Assembly: GCA_963663965.2 (NCBI GenBank) | Contig: CAXXFK010000022.1 | Coordinates: 1-64,000, forward strand | Length of the DNA: 64,000 nt | Direction of reading: 5' to 3' | From: Sedimentisphaerales bacterium | Lineage (GTDB): Bacteria > Planctomycetota > Phycisphaerae > Sedimentisphaerales > SM23-30 | Shown: in pieces, positions 1 through 10,129 of the stretch | How the letters are laid out: every line of letters begins with the position of its first letter | Position numbering within the stretch: position 1 is the stretch's first letter | Notes under the pieces: model-generated | Seen by the model: only the letters and a program-made list of their open reading frames with translations | Told to the model about the DNA's origin: nothing | The model's database searches: none | Program-made: the position numbers and the translations under genes

Positions 1-1544
1 GTTTAGCGAGTTGCTGGGCGTGCCGTTTGTCGTGCAGATTGTGACGGCCAATGTCCCTCAGGAGTTTGTGGCCAGAGTGACCTCCAACTACGCCCATCAT
101 CATGGCTTGCTGGCGATCGACCGCGATGAAAATGCCATGACCGTGGCCACCTGCTATCCGTTGCAAAAACCCATCCGCTGGATAATGTTGCACGATAACC
201 CGGGATGGCGGTTCGGCCGGCCCTGGCCACACGAACAACCATCAACAGCGCGATTAATTCCGCTTACGAACAAAAGTTGACCATTCTGGAAGATGTGGCG
301 GATGTGGTGGATGCCACCAATGTCGAAAGGCTTGATTGGTGATGTTTCCTCGTCTGAAGACCTGCTGGACGTGGTCAACCGCCCCCCGGTCATTCGTCTG
401 GTCAATGATATCCTGTTCAAGGCCCTGCAGATGCGGGCGTCGGATGTCCATATCCATCCCTTTGAGCAGAAAGTTTTGATCCGTTATCGTATCGATGGCA
501 ATTCTTTATGATATGCTGACTTTGGATGCCCGTGTGTTGCCGGTGGTGGTCTCACGTGTGAAAGTCATGGCGGGTATGGATATCGCCGAACGGCGTATGC
601 CCCAGGATGGCCGTTGCAGTGTCCGGATCGGTCCGCGCGAAGTGGATTTGCGTGTCAGTACCGTACCAACCGCCTATGGCGAGCGGACCGTTTTGCGTCT
701 GCTCGATAAAAGTACCGGTGTCTACAGTCTTGATGCCCTGGGTATGGCGGCGTACGATCATGAACGGATTGACGATTTGATTACCCGCCCGCACGGCGTA
801 TTTTTTGTCACCGGTCCAACCGGTAGTGGCAAGTCCACCACGCTTTACAGCTTCCTCCGCCGGATCGATTCTTCCGAACGGAATGTGATCACGATCGAAG
901 ACCCGATCGAATACCACCTGGATGGCATCAGCCAGATTCAGGTTGCCTCGAAAAAGGGCATGACCTTTGTCACCGCCCTGCGTCATGTCTTGCGTCAGGA
1001 TCCCGATGTGATCATGGTGGGGGAGGTGCGAGATGAAGAAACCGCCCGCATGGCCATCCAGTCTTCATTAACCGGCCACATGGTGTTCAGTACCCTGCAT
1101 ACCAACGACGCGTCCGGCGCCATTACCCGTATGCTGGATCTGGGGGTCGAACCCTATCTGGTCGCTTCCTCGGTCATTGGCGTGCTGGCGCAGCGGTTGG
1201 TGCGACGTTTATGTCAACATTGCAAACAGCAGGTCCGCTCCGATTCGGATCAAGTTCAGGATCTGGGCCTGCCCTATTCGGGATTTGAAGTCGTGTATCA
1301 ACCGAAAGGCTGCGATAAATGCTTCCAGACCGGCTACAGCGGCCGAACCGGTATCTATGAATTAATGATCGTCAATGACGATGTCCGGGAATGTATCTAT
1401 CATCGCCGTTCAGCCGGCGCCATCAAAAAAGCCGCCCTCGAAACCGGGATGACCACATTAAGGATGGACGGCCTGCGTAAAGTGGAAGAAGGCGTTACCT
1501 CGCTGGAAGAAGTCCTTCGTGTCGCCCAAAATGATGATGTATAA
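1..1544 (+). CDS. gspE: Type II secretion ATPase GspE/PilB family; 5' partial, several frameshifts in the first ~500 nt
   Basis: Walker A GPTGSGKST, TIEDPIEY, LRQDPDVIMVGEVRD and Zn-site CQHC/CDKC in ORF 495-1544. N-terminal GspE sequence (RASDVHIHP...RYRIDG) continues in ORFs 11-280 and 293-511 in other frames. Confidence 0.92.
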
Positions 1545-1563
1545 GAGAACAATTGCATAACTT

Positions 1564-2781
1564 ATGCCAACCTACGAGTACATAGCCCTTGATGCCACTG
1601 GTAAAAAAAGCCGGGGCAGTGTTGCGGCCGAGTCTGCGGTAGCCGCGCGTAAACTGCTGCGCAACCGGCGGCTGCATGCCACCAAGCTGACCGCCGTTAG
1701 TGAAACGACACGTCAGGGCGGCAGTCTAACTGATTTTTTTGCCGGTAGTAGACGACGTGTACTGGTGTTAAATTTTACACGGCAGATTACGACGATGATC
1801 CAGGCCGAGGTCAAACTGACCGAAGCGCTTGAGGTCCTGATTAAACAATCCGAAAATCGCAAATTTACCCAGATCATGCAGAACCTGCGCGATCAACTGC
1901 TCAGTGGTGAAAACCTGGCCGATGGTCTCAAGGAATATCCGCTGTGGTTCGACCAGATTTATGTGTCGATGGTACGGGTTGGCGAAGCAACCGGTAACCT
2001 GGGCAAATCCCTGTCATTGCTGACCGATTACATTGCGCGCAAACACCGCCTCGAAACCAAAATCAAATCGGCCATGGTCTATCCGATTATTTTAATGACA
2101 GTATGCGTAGGTGCGACGTTGTTTTTGATGACCTACCTCATCCCCAAGCTGGCCAAGATCATCGCTGCTGCCGGCCGTGACTTGCCGACAATCACCAAAA
2201 TTGTACTGGGAATCAGCCATTTCCTGTTAAATTACTGGTGGGCATTGATAATTGGTATTTTTGCAGTAAGCGGGTTGTTTCACTGGTTGATCAATACCAA
2301 ACGTGGCCGGCATGTCTATGATCGGACAATGCTTAATCTTCCGGTTTTAGGAGGTTTACTTCGTCAAAGTATCGTGGCGCGGTTTGCCACGACTCTGGCC
2401 GCCCTGATCCGCAGCGGTATGCCGATTGCCGAAGGCTTACGGGTGGTGGAAGGAATTACCGGTAATTCGATTCTGGCCGGCGCCATCAATGCCTCGCGCG
2501 ATCGGATTATGAGCGGCTCCGATATCGCCACACCCTTGCTGGAAAGTAAGGTAGTCGATAATACCATTGCCCATATGATCTCCGTGGGCGAACGGTCCGG
2601 GGAATTGGAAGCGATGCTCCTGACCATTGCGGATAATCTGGAGGAAAGTAGCGACATCGTCGCCGAACGTATGGCGTCGGTGATGGAACCTTTGATTATC
2701 GTGATCATGGCCGCAATTGTTGGGACGATATTATATGCCGTTATTATGCCGATTTTACAAGTATCGAATATTGCAACTTAG
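1564..2781 (+). CDS. gspF: Type II secretion inner-membrane platform protein GspF/PilC
   Basis: MPTYEYIALD start, VGEATGNL and VGERSGEL repeats, three TM segments, follows gspE. Confidence 0.93.
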   Translation: MPTYEYIALDATGKKSRGSVAAESAVAARKLLRNRRLHATKLTAVSETTRQGGSLTDFFAGSRRRVLVLNFTRQITTMIQAEVKLTEALEVLIKQSENRKFTQIMQNLRDQLLSGENLADGLKEYPLWFDQIYVSMVRVGEATGNLGKSLSLLTDYIARKHRLETKIKSAMVYPIILMTVCVGATLFLMTYLIPKLAKIIAAAGRDLPTITKIVLGISHFLLNYWWALIIGIFAVSGLFHWLINTKRGRHVYDRTMLNLPVLGGLLRQSIVARFATTLAALIRSGMPIAEGLRVVEGITGNSILAGAINASRDRIMSGSDIATPLLESKVVDNTIAHMISVGERSGELEAMLLTIADNLEESSDIVAERMASVMEPLIIVIMAAIVGTILYAVIMPILQVSNIAT

Positions 2782-2813
2782 AGATAAAACCTTTTTTAAA
2801 GTGGAGTCTGAAC

Positions 2814-3275
2814 ATGAAGAAAACCAATAGAATCAAACGAAATCAGCAGGCATTTTCGCTGGTAGAACTGATGGTAGTTATTATCATCATTGGTTTATTG
2901 GCCGGTGTAGTAGGGAACGCCGTAATGAAAAATATTGGCATTGCCAAGCAGGGTACTGCCAAAACCCAAATTAAAATGTTTAAATCAGCTGTTAATGATT
3001 ATCGCATATCCACAGACCAGTATCCGCCTAATGATATGGGCTTGCTGGCCCTGATTGAGCAGCCCCCTGGAGTAGAAGGTTGGACCGGACCCTATCTTGA
3101 AGATCCGGTCATTCCTAAGGATCCCTGGGGTAACGATTATATATACTGGTTAACCGAAGAACCAGGCAAACCCTTTGTTATCTATAGTTTGGGCAAGGAT
3201 GGCCAGGAAGGTGGCGATGGAGAGAATAAAGATATTTATGATTATGAACTTCCTGAAGAAGAAGTCAGTACTTAA
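2814..3275 (+). CDS. gspG: Major pseudopilin GspG
   Basis: Class III signal A|FSLVELMVV; GspG motifs WTGPYLE, PKDPWGNDY, YSLGKDGQEGG. Confidence 0.93.
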   Translation: MKKTNRIKRNQQAFSLVELMVVIIIIGLLAGVVGNAVMKNIGIAKQGTAKTQIKMFKSAVNDYRISTDQYPPNDMGLLALIEQPPGVEGWTGPYLEDPVIPKDPWGNDYIYWLTEEPGKPFVIYSLGKDGQEGGDGENKDIYDYELPEEEVST

Positions 3276-3295
3276 TACTATGGAATACTGATTGC

Positions 3296-3943
3296 ATGGA
3301 CTGTTCGATTTATACAAAACCAGCATCGAATTCTGAAAAGAGGTGCCATTGCCCACGTTCACGCGTGGGCATCGTTGTTAGCAGGCGTTTGGGTGTTGTA
3401 CTTGTGGAACTAGTTGTCATATGTCTGATAATCAGTTTATTACTGGGTGTGGTGGCTATCGACCCCATCCGCCGCCTCGAACGCAATAAACTGGATCAGG
3501 ATGTCAACGATTTTTACCTGCTGTTACGCACCGTGGCGGAAAGTGCGATCATGAAACGGCAGATTTACGAAGTGGTCATCAATATGAGTGAGGGGACCTA
3601 TGTGGTCTATACCGCTCATAAACAGCCGCCGGAATCAACAGAGGGCGGCGCTGAAAGCAACGTTCGTAGCACGCCTGAAGATCTGGATGCCGAGCCGGTC
3701 TTACCCCCAGGTCAGTTAAAGCGCAATATCATTGCCCAGGCCGATTTCGATACCGGCTCCAACCGGATCGGCGGTGAGTTGATTCTGCGAGCCGATGGCC
3801 AGGGCTGGACCGAAAGCGTCCTGTTCCAGATTACTGACCTGAATGAAAGCTATCCACGATATATCCGTTGTGATCGCCAGACTGCCCAGGTTACGCTTTC
3901 CCGAAAAGAGCTAACTTTGCCTCAACCTCTTAAAAGATTATAA
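3296..3943 (+). CDS. Minor pseudopilin, GspH-like
   Basis: G|VVLVELVV prepilin-like motif plus hydrophobic helix; position after gspG. Confidence 0.7.
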   Translation: MDCSIYTKPASNSEKRCHCPRSRVGIVVSRRLGVVLVELVVICLIISLLLGVVAIDPIRRLERNKLDQDVNDFYLLLRTVAESAIMKRQIYEVVINMSEGTYVVYTAHKQPPESTEGGAESNVRSTPEDLDAEPVLPPGQLKRNIIAQADFDTGSNRIGGELILRADGQGWTESVLFQITDLNESYPRYIRCDRQTAQVTLSRKELTLPQPLKRL

Positions 3944-3968
3944 CTGATTAAAATTGTAATTTTGTTTA

Positions 3969-4565
3969 ATGAAATTATCGACGAAACAATTAACTTGCCC
4001 TTCTGCCTTCACCTTGATTGAGGTGGTGGCCAGTGTTACGGTACTGGTACTGATCCTCAGTGGCATTGTTGTGGGCTATAACCGGATGGTTACGCGAGTT
4101 TATGAACAATCATTGCGCGAACGGGCTCTGGCCGTTGCCCAGCGTCAGATCGAAATGATTATGGGCAGTGATCAGGAACCGGAAGGAACCGGCCTGTCCG
4201 GTCCGGATGAAATCGATCCCATCTTCAACTGGGAGATGGAATTAAAACGCGTTCCGGTTAATGAGGAAGAACAGCTGAATATTAAAAACTCGATCATACA
4301 GGCGACCGTCACGGTAAGCTGCAATCAGCCAACGGCCAGTCAACAGGAACCGGTTCGCATTCAGCGCTATTTCAGCAATCTCAAGCCCAGACCCGGCCAG
4401 CAATACGCGGTACCCATTCCCAGTCAATATGAAGAAGAGATGTGGTTTGTTGAATTACGCCAGCGACTGGGCCGCGATCCCACCCCTCAGGAAGTTCTGA
4501 CCGAGTTTCTCAAAAATATGGAAACTCCCGACGAGATCATGGAAGAACTGGAGGGTGATGGCTGA
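3969..4565 (+). CDS. Minor pseudopilin, GspI-like
   Basis: A|FTLIEVV N-methylation motif; operon position. Confidence 0.72.
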   Translation: MKLSTKQLTCPSAFTLIEVVASVTVLVLILSGIVVGYNRMVTRVYEQSLRERALAVAQRQIEMIMGSDQEPEGTGLSGPDEIDPIFNWEMELKRVPVNEEEQLNIKNSIIQATVTVSCNQPTASQQEPVRIQRYFSNLKPRPGQQYAVPIPSQYEEEMWFVELRQRLGRDPTPQEVLTEFLKNMETPDEIMEELEGDG

Positions 4566-5161
4566 TGAATCGTCCTCATCGACAAACGAGGTATAATCAT
4601 CCGCGGGCCATTTCTACCCTGGAAATGATTGTAACCCTGACAATAGCCGTTTTGGTCATTACCGCTGTGCTGGCGATTTATCGGAATACCGTCAGGAGCA
4701 GCGAAGACATGTCCCAAAATGCCGCCCGTCAGGCCGCCACCATGGCCTGTCTCGACCGGATGATGGATGATGTGATCAATGCTTCGTTTGCCCAACCCAG
4801 CGTGCGTGTTGCCGGATCCGGTGAGGGTAAGACCCATTTAATTATCCAGACTCTGCCCGGTTCGGTTGATACAGTACCAACCACCCAGGTGGAATGGGCT
4901 GCGGTTCCCGGCGACCTGGAAGATGAACTGGTTTTGTACCGGCGTGAATATATTGGCGATGATGCCAAAAATGCCCTGTATATCCCGGTCTGTGAACATC
5001 TGATGGCCTTTGACGCCGAACTATTCAATCCCGAAGGGTTGGATGACCCCAACGCCCCGCCTTCCATGCTCGATGTCCAGTTAACCGTCTTTCGGGATGA
5101 ACCGCCATCGCCCGACCGCGTGTTTACCGTTTTTCGAACTTTTTGTCTCAGGAGACGATAG
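4565..5161 (+). CDS. Minor pseudopilin, GspJ-like
   Basis: A|ISTLEMIV motif; TGATG coupling to upstream gene. Confidence 0.68.
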   Translation: MNRPHRQTRYNHPRAISTLEMIVTLTIAVLVITAVLAIYRNTVRSSEDMSQNAARQAATMACLDRMMDDVINASFAQPSVRVAGSGEGKTHLIIQTLPGSVDTVPTTQVEWAAVPGDLEDELVLYRREYIGDDAKNALYIPVCEHLMAFDAELFNPEGLDDPNAPPSMLDVQLTVFRDEPPSPDRVFTVFRTFCLRRR

Positions 5162-5206
5162 ACGCATAGCTCACCCGATGTGTAACGATCTGATTTAAAG
5201 AAAACC

Positions 5207-6649
5207 ATGTTAAACGTAATCTCCAAAAACCTGAAACCATCCAGAAACCGGCAAGGTTTCACCATGTTGTTAACCATCATGGTGTTGCTGGTTCTGATTA
5301 CCGTGGTGGTTACGTTCCAATTGGATATGTTCTTACGTATTCGCGCCAGCCGCTATCGCGAAGCCAAGGTCCAGTGTCAGTACGCGGCTGAATCCGGGTT
5401 GGTAATGGCCTTTAAAATGGTGGAACAGGCGCTGGAAGCTCAGCGTAAAGGTGACTTCAAAGCGATCTCATCCATCATGAAGAAACAGCAAGAAGCCGCG
5501 GCTGGCGGCCAGACTGCCTCAGAAGCGGATCAATCGGCTAAAGAGGGTGAGGAAACCAACGGCGAAAAATCCGAACTCGATAAAATGCTGGATGAACTGG
5601 CTGATCCCAATTCGGTTCAGGATCCCAATGAAGTGATAGATAACCTCGATAAAGCCGTGGATGAAACTGATCTGGAAACCATGGCGAAAGATCTGGAAGA
5701 AGACCCCATCTTCGATCCCGAGGCGTTTCTGGATCCCAATCGTCTGGCGGAGATGCTCGAAACCGGCGAACTGCTTGACATGGTACCCATTGACAGCCCA
5801 CTGGTTATTTCCAAAAAGGTGTTTGAGGTTGGTGATGCCAGTGTCGAAATTGAGGTATTCGACGAAAATGCCAAATTGCCGCTCCACTGGAATATCGATT
5901 CGCCCTATCTGAGCGGAGTGGAAAAAGATAAGGATCTGGTCGCAAAACTGGGCCGGATCTTACAGGTGGATAATAAAGTCACTGCCACGGCCCGCGATCT
6001 GATCGGAAAATACAGCCGGACCATTCCGGTAAAAGGAATTCGTAAAGTCATCTATCAGCGCCAGGGCGCCAGCCTGAACTTTCGGGGGCCCAACAATCTT
6101 TCCAATGCCCTGCAGAACCGGCCCATGGTCTGGGAACAGCAGCGCCTGCGCTTGTCGTACAGCAAGGCCCGCGAGATGGAAGATCAGCAGCGCGAGATGA
6201 TGGCCGCGTTAACCGCACGGGTCAATTACGAACTTGCCGAAGATGACCAGCTCGCCGATCTCCTCAATGTTCCGGTCGGATATCAACAGGGAGTATTCCT
6301 GGATTACATTGGCGCCTGGGGTCACGATAAAATAAATTTGAATACGGCTCCGGCCGAAGTGTTAGAGGCTGCGTTTGGTATCATGGGAGTCGATAGCCGG
6401 ATGGCTCAGGCCATTATCGACCGCCGTGATCAGAAGCCTTTTGCCAGTACCTACGAACTCAAACAGACCGACGGGATTAGTGACGCCGCCGTTAGCGGAT
6501 TAATCGCCTTGACCACTGTCCGTAGCGATACGTTTTCCATTCATATCAAAGCCATCCAGGGCCAGTGTGAATGTCGGTTATCGGCCGGTATTTATCGCGA
6601 TCGCCTGGGTAAAATCAAGACCATTGCCGTTTTTAAACCCAAAGGTTAA
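5207..6649 (+). CDS. gspK: Pseudopilin GspK with long acidic insertion
   Basis: G|FTMLL leader lacking Glu5, AAESG, DENAKL, KINLNTAPAEVL, AQAIIDRR...PF, TVRSDTF. Confidence 0.85.
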   Translation: MLNVISKNLKPSRNRQGFTMLLTIMVLLVLITVVVTFQLDMFLRIRASRYREAKVQCQYAAESGLVMAFKMVEQALEAQRKGDFKAISSIMKKQQEAAAGGQTASEADQSAKEGEETNGEKSELDKMLDELADPNSVQDPNEVIDNLDKAVDETDLETMAKDLEEDPIFDPEAFLDPNRLAEMLETGELLDMVPIDSPLVISKKVFEVGDASVEIEVFDENAKLPLHWNIDSPYLSGVEKDKDLVAKLGRILQVDNKVTATARDLIGKYSRTIPVKGIRKVIYQRQGASLNFRGPNNLSNALQNRPMVWEQQRLRLSYSKAREMEDQQREMMAALTARVNYELAEDDQLADLLNVPVGYQQGVFLDYIGAWGHDKINLNTAPAEVLEAAFGIMGVDSRMAQAIIDRRDQKPFASTYELKQTDGISDAAVSGLIALTTVRSDTFSIHIKAIQGQCECRLSAGIYRDRLGKIKTIAVFKPKG

Positions 6650-6728
6650 AGACAATCGATAAAAAGAATAGATTAAACCATGTATAATCAATTGAATCAT
6701 AGCATAAAAAACCAACAAGGAGCTTGTC

Positions 6729-8183
6729 GTGGCAAGTAATCGATGCCTCGGAATATACATTGCCCCCGGCCGTATCACGGCTGTGGCGGTCGATAAAAGC
6801 GGTAGCCAGTGGAACAGCGCCGGCGTTGTAACCGTATCAGACTCGGACCTGTCCGATGAGCGGCAGGGGGATATCACCTCTCTGATCGAGTTGCTGGCAG
6901 ATCGAGTCACGGGAAAATTCCCAAACGTCTCTCAGGTAGCCATCACCCTGGACAGCTCTTATTATCAAAGCCAGTCCTATATCAGTCAGTTCGACGATCT
7001 GCGTCAGATCCGCCAGACAATCCGTTTTGATATCGAAGAGGAGTTTGCCATCGATGCCGAAGGGGTTACGATTGCCTATCTCCCGGTCCCAACGGATAAG
7101 CCGGGTACGCGTCTGATGGTTTATACCGGTGATACCTTCAGACTGCTCGAATTATTCGGCAGTCTGGAAACCGCCGGTCTGGATGCCTTGGCCGCAGAAC
7201 CCGAAATCGAATCCTGGCGGCACTGGCTGGATCAAAACCGGGAAAAGGGCAATGAAACTTCTATCACCCTGGCCTGTTTAAACGATGGTATGTATATGAT
7301 CGTTCAGGACCAAACCGGTAATCCCGTGGTGATGAGGAGTTTCCCACTGCCGCGTCAGAGCGATTTTGTCGAAATGGCTGCTGCCGAAATACGCCGCAGT
7401 ATCATGACAATGGATGATATGCCCCGTCTGATCTATTATCATTCCACCGAACTGGACAATTCTGCCATGCAGGACCTGGCTGCCCGTTTATCCATGACAG
7501 CCAGGCCAGTTACCTCGCCGCCCATGAACGAAGTCTTCGCGCTGGGTGTCGGCATCGGTATGCTGGATAAACAAATCGCCGCTGATTTCCGTCAGGATAA
7601 CTTGCCCTCGCGCACGGCCCAGCGCAGCCAGAACCGGTCCATGTGGAGCGCGACGGCGGCCGTTTGTACCTTTCTGCTGGTCTGGATCGGAGTTGTCTTT
7701 TTCCATGGTCGCCAATACCAGTCATTTGCCCAAATGGCCGGTAAAGACATCGATACTGCCTGGCGCAAGTCGGTGCCCAATCAGGAAATACCCAAGAGAA
7801 ATATCGACAAAATCCTGGAAGGCGAATTAACCAAGCTCCGAAGGCAATTTCGTGGCCAGGAGGTTGAGTATATTTCGGATTCGGCCGGCCAGACTTTGAT
7901 GAATATGCTGCTATTCCTGAACCAGATTTCTGATGATATCGGATTGCAGATCGAAAAAGTAAGCGTCAATCCGGAAGGGGTCTACGCCTTTTCCGGCTCG
8001 ATTAAAGACCTGGCCGCTTTCGACCAGTTGCGTGAAACGTTGCGTACCTGCGGTATTCCGCTGGAAGTGGACCGGTCCAGTTTTGAACCACCCAGCGGGG
8101 CTACCCGATCTTTCAGCATGCCGTTACGATTAGTGACAACTACCCAGGTAGCGTCATCAGGTAAATCACCGGCGACAAAATAA
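6729..8183 (+). CDS. GspL/PilM-PilN-like assembly platform protein
   Basis: Actin-like N-terminus (LGIYIAPGRITAV; QTIRFDIEE), one TM, periplasmic C-terminus; follows gspK. Confidence 0.7.
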   Translation: MASNRCLGIYIAPGRITAVAVDKSGSQWNSAGVVTVSDSDLSDERQGDITSLIELLADRVTGKFPNVSQVAITLDSSYYQSQSYISQFDDLRQIRQTIRFDIEEEFAIDAEGVTIAYLPVPTDKPGTRLMVYTGDTFRLLELFGSLETAGLDALAAEPEIESWRHWLDQNREKGNETSITLACLNDGMYMIVQDQTGNPVVMRSFPLPRQSDFVEMAAAEIRRSIMTMDDMPRLIYYHSTELDNSAMQDLAARLSMTARPVTSPPMNEVFALGVGIGMLDKQIAADFRQDNLPSRTAQRSQNRSMWSATAAVCTFLLVWIGVVFFHGRQYQSFAQMAGKDIDTAWRKSVPNQEIPKRNIDKILEGELTKLRRQFRGQEVEYISDSAGQTLMNMLLFLNQISDDIGLQIEKVSVNPEGVYAFSGSIKDLAAFDQLRETLRTCGIPLEVDRSSFEPPSGATRSFSMPLRLVTTTQVASSGKSPATK

Positions 8184-8211
8184 CACGATAAAACCAGGAG
8201 TTACAAATAGT

Positions 8212-8733
8212 ATGGAAATTAATTCTGAAACATTCCGCAAATCGGAAACCTGGGCGATTCTGACCCCGATCATTTTACTTTTGATTGCCGTCACCATGAC
8301 CATGGGTATGGTCGATGCCCAAAAACAATCCGTCAATAATATCAGGCGTGCCGAAGGCATCGTAAAAGACGCGGCAGAAATTATCAAATTGCGTCAGCAG
8401 GCGGCCGCTCAGGGCCTCGCCGAACAGAAGGTCCGGCCCTTCGATACCGTTAATTCAGCATTGGAGGCCGCCACCGCCGCCGGCATCAGCGATACGAAAA
8501 TTTACCGCGGCTCCAGCCCCACAGCCAAACGCTTAAAAGATGGCTCCCTGCAATATCGCGAAACCTACAAAATCAATCATGTCATGATGTACCAGATCGC
8601 GTCCTTTATCGATTACGCCGAACGAAATTATGAGTCCCTGCGTTGCACCGATGTCAGTATCGTCCCATCGCCCGATCTCAAAAGCAAAGACTCCTGGGAT
8701 GCCAACATCAACTTCCTGTACATCAAAAAGTAA
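8212..8733 (+). CDS. GspM/PilO-like protein
   Basis: N-terminal TM, coiled segment and small domain; last gene of the operon. Confidence 0.55.
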   Translation: MEINSETFRKSETWAILTPIILLLIAVTMTMGMVDAQKQSVNNIRRAEGIVKDAAEIIKLRQQAAAQGLAEQKVRPFDTVNSALEAATAAGISDTKIYRGSSPTAKRLKDGSLQYRETYKINHVMMYQIASFIDYAERNYESLRCTDVSIVPSPDLKSKDSWDANINFLYIKK

Positions 8734-8744
8734 AAATGCCTGCC

Positions 8745-8779
8745 AAAAAAACAGGACGCCGGCCGGCGTCGGTTTTTTT
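8745..8779 (+). terminator. Intrinsic terminator after the T2SS operon
   Basis: GACGCC-GGCC-GGCGTC hairpin flanked by A7 and T7. Confidence 0.75.
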
Positions 8780-8855
8780 GCATCGGTTCCTGATAAATGT
8801 TGATTGATCATCAGGAACAGAGATGAATTGCCTGCGTGATGGAGTTTTATTGCTA

Positions 8856-9437
8856 ATGAATGTTCTAGTGCTTTCCTGCAGTCCGCGCCCGGGGGGCAAT
8901 AGCGATACGCTCGCTACCGAGATGATCCGGGGGATCGAGCAGGGGGGGGGGCGGGTTGAAAAGATTATGGCTGCGCGATTGCGTATCAAACCCTGTTCTC
9001 AGTGTGATCGCTGTATCCGTGAAGGGGTTTGTCAGGAAGGCGATGACATGGACAGCCTCTATCCTAAAATCATTGACTGCGATGCCCTGGTCCTGGCCGC
9101 TCCGATCTATTTTATGGCGCACAACGCCCAGGCAAAACTGATTATAGACCGGTGTCAACTCTTCTGGGCCGCTAAATATCAGTTGATGCGGCCGCTGATC
9201 CAGCCGGACCGACGGCGGTTGGGAGTGTTTCTCGCCACTGGCGCCACCCATGGCCCCAATGTGTTTGCCGGCGCCCGAGTGACCATGAAATGGCTGTTCG
9301 ATGCCCTTGATATGGAGTATTGGAATGACATACTGGTTGAAGGGGTAGATGAGAAAGGAGACATCCTCAATCAGCCCTGGGCTATCGAAAAAGCTAGAAA
9401 ACTGGGGCTTGAACTGGTGGAGTTTCTTAAAGTCTAA
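8856..9437 (+). CDS. Iron-sulfur flavoprotein / NADPH-dependent FMN reductase (flavodoxin family)
   Basis: SCSPRPGGNS FMN loop, CxxCxxC-x5-C motif, LAAPIYF; GGAG upstream of ATG at 8856. Confidence 0.85.
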   Translation: MNVLVLSCSPRPGGNSDTLATEMIRGIEQGGGRVEKIMAARLRIKPCSQCDRCIREGVCQEGDDMDSLYPKIIDCDALVLAAPIYFMAHNAQAKLIIDRCQLFWAAKYQLMRPLIQPDRRRLGVFLATGATHGPNVFAGARVTMKWLFDALDMEYWNDILVEGVDEKGDILNQPWAIEKARKLGLELVEFLKV

Positions 9438-9580
9438 TTGGATATAAGTCGTTGATATTAAAAAAGAAACAATCTTTTTGCTAAAAACATGGAAATTTTT
9501 TTCCAATTATCGGTTATAATTAATTTTTAGCGAAAAAAAAAATCCGGTCGGACCAATATAATATCAGAGGACTGGATTTA

Positions 9581-10129
9581 TTGATGAATCGTCAAGACGC
9601 GGAAAATCCGAATAACAGTTTAACCGAGCGGTATCTGGAATTGCTTATGTCCAGTGAGCGCCAGATTTATGCCTATTTATTGACCCTGGTACCTAATCAT
9701 AACGATGCAGACGATCTCCTGCAGGAAACGATCATGACCATGTGGCGTAAATTTGAAGAATACAACCCAGGCTACGATTTCGCCTCATGGGGAGTGGGTA
9801 TCGCCCGGAACAAATATTACGAATTTCGCCGCAAGAACCTGAAAATGAACATTGTCTTCAAGCAGGAACTGGTCGAATTGCTCGATATGGAAGCCGAACC
9901 GCTGGTCCGGCAGGCGGATACTCGAATTGAACACCTCAAAAAATGTGTCAATAAACTTGAAGATACTGACAAAGTCTTGTTAAACCTGAAATATAAACAG
10001 GGTTTGACTGTCAGGGAGATCTCCGGCCGGATTGGCAAGTCCATTCAGAGCATCTATCGGTCGATGGTCCGGATAACCGGTTTGTTAAATCGCTGTATTC
10101 GCCGTTCGCTGGCGGAGGAGGCGACATGA
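9581..10129 (+). CDS. ECF sigma-70 factor (planctomycete type)
   Basis: DADDLLQET, FASWGVGIARN region 2; region 4 HTH (LTVREISGRIGKS). Confidence 0.9.
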   Translation: MMNRQDAENPNNSLTERYLELLMSSERQIYAYLLTLVPNHNDADDLLQETIMTMWRKFEEYNPGYDFASWGVGIARNKYYEFRRKNLKMNIVFKQELVELLDMEAEPLVRQADTRIEHLKKCVNKLEDTDKVLLNLKYKQGLTVREISGRIGKSIQSIYRSMVRITGLLNRCIRRSLAEEAT

